A stretch of 63,970 bases of DNA, the filler included, from Sanchytrium tribonematis (taxonomy: Eukaryota): assembly GCA_018985235.1 (NCBI GenBank). It is 5 parts of 5 records of this genome, joined end to end, with 100 filler letters (N's around TTAATTAATTAA, not from the genome) between each part and the next. Parts side by side here need not be neighbours in the genome. Positions count along the whole stretch, not along the records: positions 53,603 to 63,970 come from JADGIG010000299.1; 4 more parts are not named here. One strand, 5' to 3'. Below, in pieces: positions 58,886 to 63,970 of the stretch. The notes beneath the pieces are model-generated. The model was not told the origin of the DNA. It saw nothing but the letters and a program-made list of their open reading frames with translations, and did no database searches. Numbering within the stretch: position 1 is the stretch's first letter; every line of letters starts with the position of its first letter. A program made the translations under genes and the position numbers.

Positions 58886-59185
58886 ATGCCATTCAGCAAG
58901 ATTTTAAAGGACCAATTTTATAGGGAACAAGTACATAAAACAGAACATTTTAGAAATGCTCTCAAGTTTGTGACTAGAACCGAGGCCGTCCCTAACAAGC
59001 AACGAATTTTGTCACAGTACGCTCTCACGGAATCGGATATATCTACTCGTCCACACGCTGTAAGAAATAGATGCATTTATACTGGTAGAGCGCGTTATGT
59101 TTTTAAAGATTTAAAAATGTGTAGACATCAACTAAAAACAAGAGTACAAAATGGCAAGTTGGATTTGCAACTTAGTAAATGGTAA
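58886..59185 (+). CDS. MRP2: Mitochondrial ribosomal protein uS14m
   Basis: VRNRCIYTGRAR...KMCRHQ...SKW. Confidence 0.9.
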   Translation: MPFSKILKDQFYREQVHKTEHFRNALKFVTRTEAVPNKQRILSQYALTESDISTRPHAVRNRCIYTGRARYVFKDLKMCRHQLKTRVQNGKLDLQLSKW

Positions 59186-59190
59186 TTTAT

Positions 59191-59409
59191 TTAAAAGTGA
59201 ACTCCTAGACTAACAAGACCCGAAATTAGTGCAATTGCCCAGCCAAATGAAGCAATCAACGCGGTGAAGACTTCCGGAAGAAAACTTCTTTGCGATTTTC
59301 CAATTTGAAACAAAAAGATCGATGTAGTCGTAGCAGATACAATGCTTGTTGCAATCGCAATATGAAATGGTGAAGCAATATCATTTAAAATTCCTTGAAA
59401 TTGCTGCAT
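59191..59409 (-). CDS. Ost5/TMEM258-like oligosaccharyltransferase subunit
   Basis: 72 aa, two TMs, EVFTALIAS..G..LGVHF ending. Confidence 0.65.
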   Translation of the reverse strand: MQQFQGILNDIASPFHIAIATSIVSATTTSIFLFQIGKSQRSFLPEVFTALIASFGWAIALISGLVSLGVHF

Positions 59410-59647
59410 CGTTCTGTTACAAAAATTTATTAAATTATTTTATTTTGAATTAAGAAGCTGGGGTTCCTGATAAGATGGTAGACAGCAGTCACAAGTATCA
59501 TCGTATTCATCGTATTGAAAGTAAATTCTTCTCATTGAAAAAGTGATCTTCGTGAAACTACTTGTTTGAAACTATAATGTTTGTGTAAAATTTTATTACA
59601 CATGTCAAATCGAAAACAATATTCCCAGTATAGATAATTAATTTATT

Positions 59648-62290
59648 TTAATGAAATTTAACACTGAATTTCAATTTGGATTGAAGCTCCCTACATTCTT
59701 TTTCAGGGAGAGAAGCCCAATCTGGTTGAGTCAACAATACCTCTGTTTCCGCTCCAAAATGTTCAGGAACTACAGAATAAATATTGTATAATTGCTCAAT
59801 GGTTAAGAGTCTCAACCGAGGAATTGAAGTCAAGAGATCAATCATTGATAAAATAAATTTCGGTAAGTCTTCGATAAATATTAATTTTGAGACACTTAGA
59901 ATAGCTTCCGTCTGGATTTTAACATTTTTATGTCGTATCAGTCTATTAAAGAGGTTTAATAGATAATCAATAAGTATAAAATCTTCGCAAAGATTACTTT
60001 CAATCAAAAGACATCCAGCGCAAAATATCTGATTAAGTTTGCATTCTTTCCTTTTGAAATTAGTGAAAACTAAAACAAATTCAGATCTTTCTTCATAAGA
60101 GAAAGCCTTAATTTGTGCCAAAATTTTATCAATTCTCTGTTTGTTATGGGAACTCAACGCAATTATAACTCCTGATACCCAGGACACCTTATAGATGCTT
60201 TTTATAAAATTGTTCAATCCAAGAATTTCATATTGGGATAAATAATTTAAGGCCCGTTGTGCCTCATGTCGAAGCTTATCAATATTTGAAAATGAAGCAA
60301 ATAAGACATGGCTAGTACAATTTTTGAGTAGTAAAAGCTCCTCCGCATTCAAGTTATACAAGTCCATTTTTGACAACATTGTACATGCTGTGAATCGAAC
60401 GAATGAGCCAGTATCTCCTTTTTTCTCATTCGTGTAATCTATCAAAGCGTCATGAATTTTGGTCAGCATTAGAATTGTATAGTTAGGTATGACTTGAATT
60501 GCTGGACTTTGGTATAAATTTAAAATTTTCGAACGTATTTGCCCAATTCCAAAAGTTATTGAATTGTACTTCGCCTCACATACCTCAATCAGGCTTTGTA
60601 TTCCTTTTAAATCGAGTTCATTAATAACCAATTCAAAATAATCTATCGATATCAGTATATGGACATCCATATTCGTTTTGTGCAAATTTTCACAAATTAG
60701 AGAAAAGCAATTTAATTTCGACAACGCCGATATGCACACATTTTTAGTTTCGTGAGAATAAGCGTAAGATTGATCATCGTATATGCTAAATACATTGCTC
60801 GGTACCTTGTTGAACATTATACATAACAAGTTTGTCTTGAGGTCATTCAAACTTGGATTGAAAGATAGCAAAGCATGCGCCAATACACAAGTGCATTTGA
60901 TTTTTAAAGGAAAATCGAGATCAGTCTTCTTGACTAATTTGATCAATTCAAGGTAAGAATTGTAGGAAAGTTCAAAAAGCTTAGTTAAATTCAAGGAGCG
61001 TGGGTTCTGCAACTGAGGCAAAATTTGCTGCGAGACAAAGACTCTTTTCGAAACTTCGATATCATCGGCCAAGTTCCCTACTGATAATGAGTTTGATAAT
61101 GATTTTGGAACAACAGAGTCTGAAAATACAGCCCTAACCAAATAAGATGCACTTTGAACTTGAAAGAAATGGCCTTTAAACAGGACCCCAATCAAAACAG
61201 ATATTGATTCCATCGAAAGATCGACAGAATCGGTAAATTCATTCAAAGGGTTGCTATTATTAGGCCGTAGCCTAAATGGTGTGCTTCCAGATAAATCCCG
61301 GCTAAATTTAATTATTTCGGAGACTGCATGACATCGCTTCTCCAGAAGCTCAGTGTCAATAGTATTGCAAATGAGATTTAAAAGATAAAATAAAAGTCCT
61401 TTAGCATGAAACGAACTCAGAGTAGAAATTCTAACGCCGATGTCATAAGCTCTCAGAGAATTGCCAATTGTAAAAAAATCTAGATGAGGCAAAAGCAGCA
61501 GTCCAAATTCTATCTTATGCCTTCCAACTAATTCCATAAAAACGGCAGAAGATGCTCGTCGCACATGATGGGCAGGGTCAAAGCAGCAAGAAGCAATTAA
61601 ATGAAGTGCCAAATATTTTGTTTCTTCCATCTGGTTCTCCCTCAATTTTCTCCAAAATACAAAGCATGTGTAATCACGAATTCCTTGACCCACACTAGCT
61701 GTGCCAACTCGCTTATCCAAATGCAAATACTCATAAAGAATGTCATTGGGTATAGCCTGAACTCTCAATTTCACAAATTCACTAAGAAGTAAAAGGATGC
61801 CTTGTGTATATCTATAATCTCTCATCAAGGCTTGAATTTCACTCAAGTTCACCTGTGATCTTTGAAAATAAATAGCCAAGACTTTGGCACAAGTGTATTT
61901 CCATGGCTTTGATAAATTTTCCATCATAAAGTCTAAATAACCTTGATTAGGTCTCATCGCTAACATGTATCCAATAATTTTCATTTTGTATTTACCATTT
62001 ATACTGGTAACATACTTTTCAACTTGTTCATTACAATACCCATGCTTTGCAAGTATAGTCAGAGCTCTGGAATACTTTTTATCAATGCAGAACTTGATGA
62101 AGTCCTCTTTGAAATTTTCGACTTTCAATATGTCTTGTTTTTTTAAATAATATGCGAAGCATTTACCAAGCATCTTTTCATTTTTGATTTTGTATACATG
62201 TTCAACTGCTGGCAGGGGTGTCAATGGTTGTTGAATTTGTACCAGTAAATTTTCCATTTCCTCCCGGTTTCTTGTCGAAATGAAACTCAT
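59648..62290 (-). CDS. TBCD: Tubulin-folding cofactor D, reduced; start uncertain (62290 or 62257)
   Basis: IRDYTCFVFW, CFDPAHHVRRASSAVFMELVGRH, DYTNEKKGDTGSFVR. Confidence 0.9.
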   Translation of the reverse strand: MSFISTRNREEMENLLVQIQQPLTPLPAVEHVYKIKNEKMLGKCFAYYLKKQDILKVENFKEDFIKFCIDKKYSRALTILAKHGYCNEQVEKYVTSINGKYKMKIIGYMLAMRPNQGYLDFMMENLSKPWKYTCAKVLAIYFQRSQVNLSEIQALMRDYRYTQGILLLLSEFVKLRVQAIPNDILYEYLHLDKRVGTASVGQGIRDYTCFVFWRKLRENQMEETKYLALHLIASCCFDPAHHVRRASSAVFMELVGRHKIEFGLLLLPHLDFFTIGNSLRAYDIGVRISTLSSFHAKGLLFYLLNLICNTIDTELLEKRCHAVSEIIKFSRDLSGSTPFRLRPNNSNPLNEFTDSVDLSMESISVLIGVLFKGHFFQVQSASYLVRAVFSDSVVPKSLSNSLSVGNLADDIEVSKRVFVSQQILPQLQNPRSLNLTKLFELSYNSYLELIKLVKKTDLDFPLKIKCTCVLAHALLSFNPSLNDLKTNLLCIMFNKVPSNVFSIYDDQSYAYSHETKNVCISALSKLNCFSLICENLHKTNMDVHILISIDYFELVINELDLKGIQSLIEVCEAKYNSITFGIGQIRSKILNLYQSPAIQVIPNYTILMLTKIHDALIDYTNEKKGDTGSFVRFTACTMLSKMDLYNLNAEELLLLKNCTSHVLFASFSNIDKLRHEAQRALNYLSQYEILGLNNFIKSIYKVSWVSGVIIALSSHNKQRIDKILAQIKAFSYEERSEFVLVFTNFKRKECKLNQIFCAGCLLIESNLCEDFILIDYLLNLFNRLIRHKNVKIQTEAILSVSKLIFIEDLPKFILSMIDLLTSIPRLRLLTIEQLYNIYSVVPEHFGAETEVLLTQPDWASLPEKECRELQSKLKFSVKFH

Positions 62291-63008
62291 GGCTTTTGAA
62301 AAAAGCGGCAAAATATTTAATTCTAAACTATATTATCTGTTAGATAACGATCAAATTTGCGTAGGAGTACTCATACATGTATATAAAGACAAGATTTTCA
62401 TTGACAAAGTGGACAGTACAAAATTTGCAAAAAAATATTTTACCTCTTTTCTTCTTGTGACTATACTGAAAAGCGAAATGCAAGATAGAAGATTGTATCT
62501 TTCATCTAAGCCTAGTGAATATTTATTTCATGATCCTGCTAGAGTGATTTTGAATCCACAAGGTTTGATTAATTGGTGGATAAACTTTTTCAGCAAGTTA
62601 AATGCAACAGGTAGTTTCTATGTGCCAAACGAAATCAAAACATCATACAAACTACCTTCTGGTATCGATTTTCATGCATTTCCACGATATGACTTTAAGT
62701 CTGACGGAATTGATGATCCAAGCAAAAATTGGGATGAAATGACAGAATACGTTGGTTGCTTTTCTTTAAGAATTAATATAAAAGACCAAATTGCATTAAA
62801 TTATATCAGTCTGTCTTCTTCGAAATTTTCCGGCTTGATAGACAAAGTGCGCCAAAATCCATCTATTAAAAGTAGCACTTTCGAATTTAAAAAATTTGAA
62901 CTGCAGGGATTTGACAACTTTGTAAATGACAGGGTTTCTGTCAAAAGAAAATTCGACACTGCTTATGATTTGAGTAACCTTGTGAAGCGAAAGAAGAAAA
63001 CAATTTAA
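62280..63008 (+). CDS. RTT109: Rtt109-like H3K56 acetyltransferase, reduced
   Basis: FIDKVDST, EYLF, LINWW, IDDPSK, C-terminal LVKRKKK. Confidence 0.75.
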   Translation: MKLMAFEKSGKIFNSKLYYLLDNDQICVGVLIHVYKDKIFIDKVDSTKFAKKYFTSFLLVTILKSEMQDRRLYLSSKPSEYLFHDPARVILNPQGLINWWINFFSKLNATGSFYVPNEIKTSYKLPSGIDFHAFPRYDFKSDGIDDPSKNWDEMTEYVGCFSLRINIKDQIALNYISLSSSKFSGLIDKVRQNPSIKSSTFEFKKFELQGFDNFVNDRVSVKRKFDTAYDLSNLVKRKKKTI

Positions 63009-63018
63009 TGTTTGAGCT

Positions 63019-63897
63019 TTATTTGATGTATTCGATCAATTTGCTTCCAATTGCGTCAGCGTCAATACCCAAATCTTCCACCTGCAACCCCATTGCTTCG
63101 ACCGCCTTGAATGAGATTTCAAGTAGTCCTGAGATATGGAGGTATAGTTCGCTGTCTCCACTTGACACCTTGCACATCAAAACACTTTTCCCTACACATA
63201 AAAAATTTGGCGCATACTCTACAAGTATCTTGCTATTACTTTTGGCTTGATTTATTTGTAAATATTCACAAATTTTAGAAAAATGAGTATCTCCAAATTC
63301 TATTTCTAGCAAATAAGAAGTAGGTATTTCCGAAAGCCTTTTGAATTTTAAACTGGACGAAATTAGAGCAAGTAGACCAATTCCAAATGTTAGATCGTCC
63401 AAGGGCTTAATATCTGTCGACTTTCTATCTGTGGTTAAAGATAATGCATTTTGGTTGGGTAAAATAAGTTTGCAGCTACTTTGGTCTTTAACGACTTCAA
63501 ACGTGTCAGTCAACCCTGCAGACTCAATTATGAGTACCATAATGTTTTGGTGAGCTATTATTTTTTCAAAATCCAAAATTTTAAGATCTAACAAATTAAA
63601 GATCAAAACATCTGCTGATTTGAAAATAGACAAATTTGAATGCCATTCTTTCTTCAAGTTTTTCATTATCAAAACTTTTTTTATAAATTTGCCGCATAAA
63701 ATATCGAGTAAACGCTTTACATTGTGGTTTTGGACCAGCAAGAATTCGAAATTTGCAAAATTTTCAATTGGAAAAGAATAAATTGAATTTGAAACCCCAA
63801 GCAAGTACCTTCTAATACACTGTGCTTGGAATTCTGATATTTCAGTAGGTTGAAAAAGTAAAAAATCTACAAACAAATTATCAAACTCTTCTTTCAT
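63019..63897 (-). CDS. Hypothetical protein
   Basis: 292-aa ORF; no motif recognised. Confidence 0.7.
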   Translation of the reverse strand: MKEEFDNLFVDFLLFQPTEISEFQAQCIRRYLLGVSNSIYSFPIENFANFEFLLVQNHNVKRLLDILCGKFIKKVLIMKNLKKEWHSNLSIFKSADVLIFNLLDLKILDFEKIIAHQNIMVLIIESAGLTDTFEVVKDQSSCKLILPNQNALSLTTDRKSTDIKPLDDLTFGIGLLALISSSLKFKRLSEIPTSYLLEIEFGDTHFSKICEYLQINQAKSNSKILVEYAPNFLCVGKSVLMCKVSSGDSELYLHISGLLEISFKAVEAMGLQVEDLGIDADAIGSKLIEYIK

Positions 63898-63970
63898 TAA
63901 AAAATTTCACAAATTGAAATAATTCCAATTTATCGACAATGCTTCGGTCAACCCAATTCTGATAATGAAA

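Noticed and set aside
59440..59605. Small spliced gene
   Set aside because: No consensus 19-20-nt intron yields a continuous frame; only a 31-aa ORF remains.

Overview
The window is eukaryotic, AT-rich and uses the standard genetic code. It consists of five unlinked contigs joined by artificial 100-nt N/TTAATTAATTAA/N linkers; the first four are about 13.3 kb each. Contig 1 (1-13323) is mostly decayed transposons: several non-LTR (LINE) relics, PIF/Harbinger, gypsy integrase, pogo, a MITE-like element and a 36/37-bp tandem repeat. It also carries an intact RuvC/poxvirus-A22-like resolvase ORF. Contigs 2-5 are extremely compact housekeeping DNA (Aurora, CDC48, CDK7, TAF4, midasin, SRP54, DOA1/PLAA, CEP131, RTT109, TBCD and others). 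RTT109 together with CEP131 suggests a reduced zoosporic early-diverging fungus (inference). The two main findings are: (1) a uniform class of 19-20-nt GT-AG introns with an invariant YTNA whose A lies 6 nt from the 3' end; (2) two independent LINE relics in which a ubiquitin-like domain ending RxxGG sits directly upstream of the APE endonuclease, suggesting a retroelement polyprotein processed by ubiquitin-type cleavage. All family calls rest on motif recognition by eye; no database searches were run.
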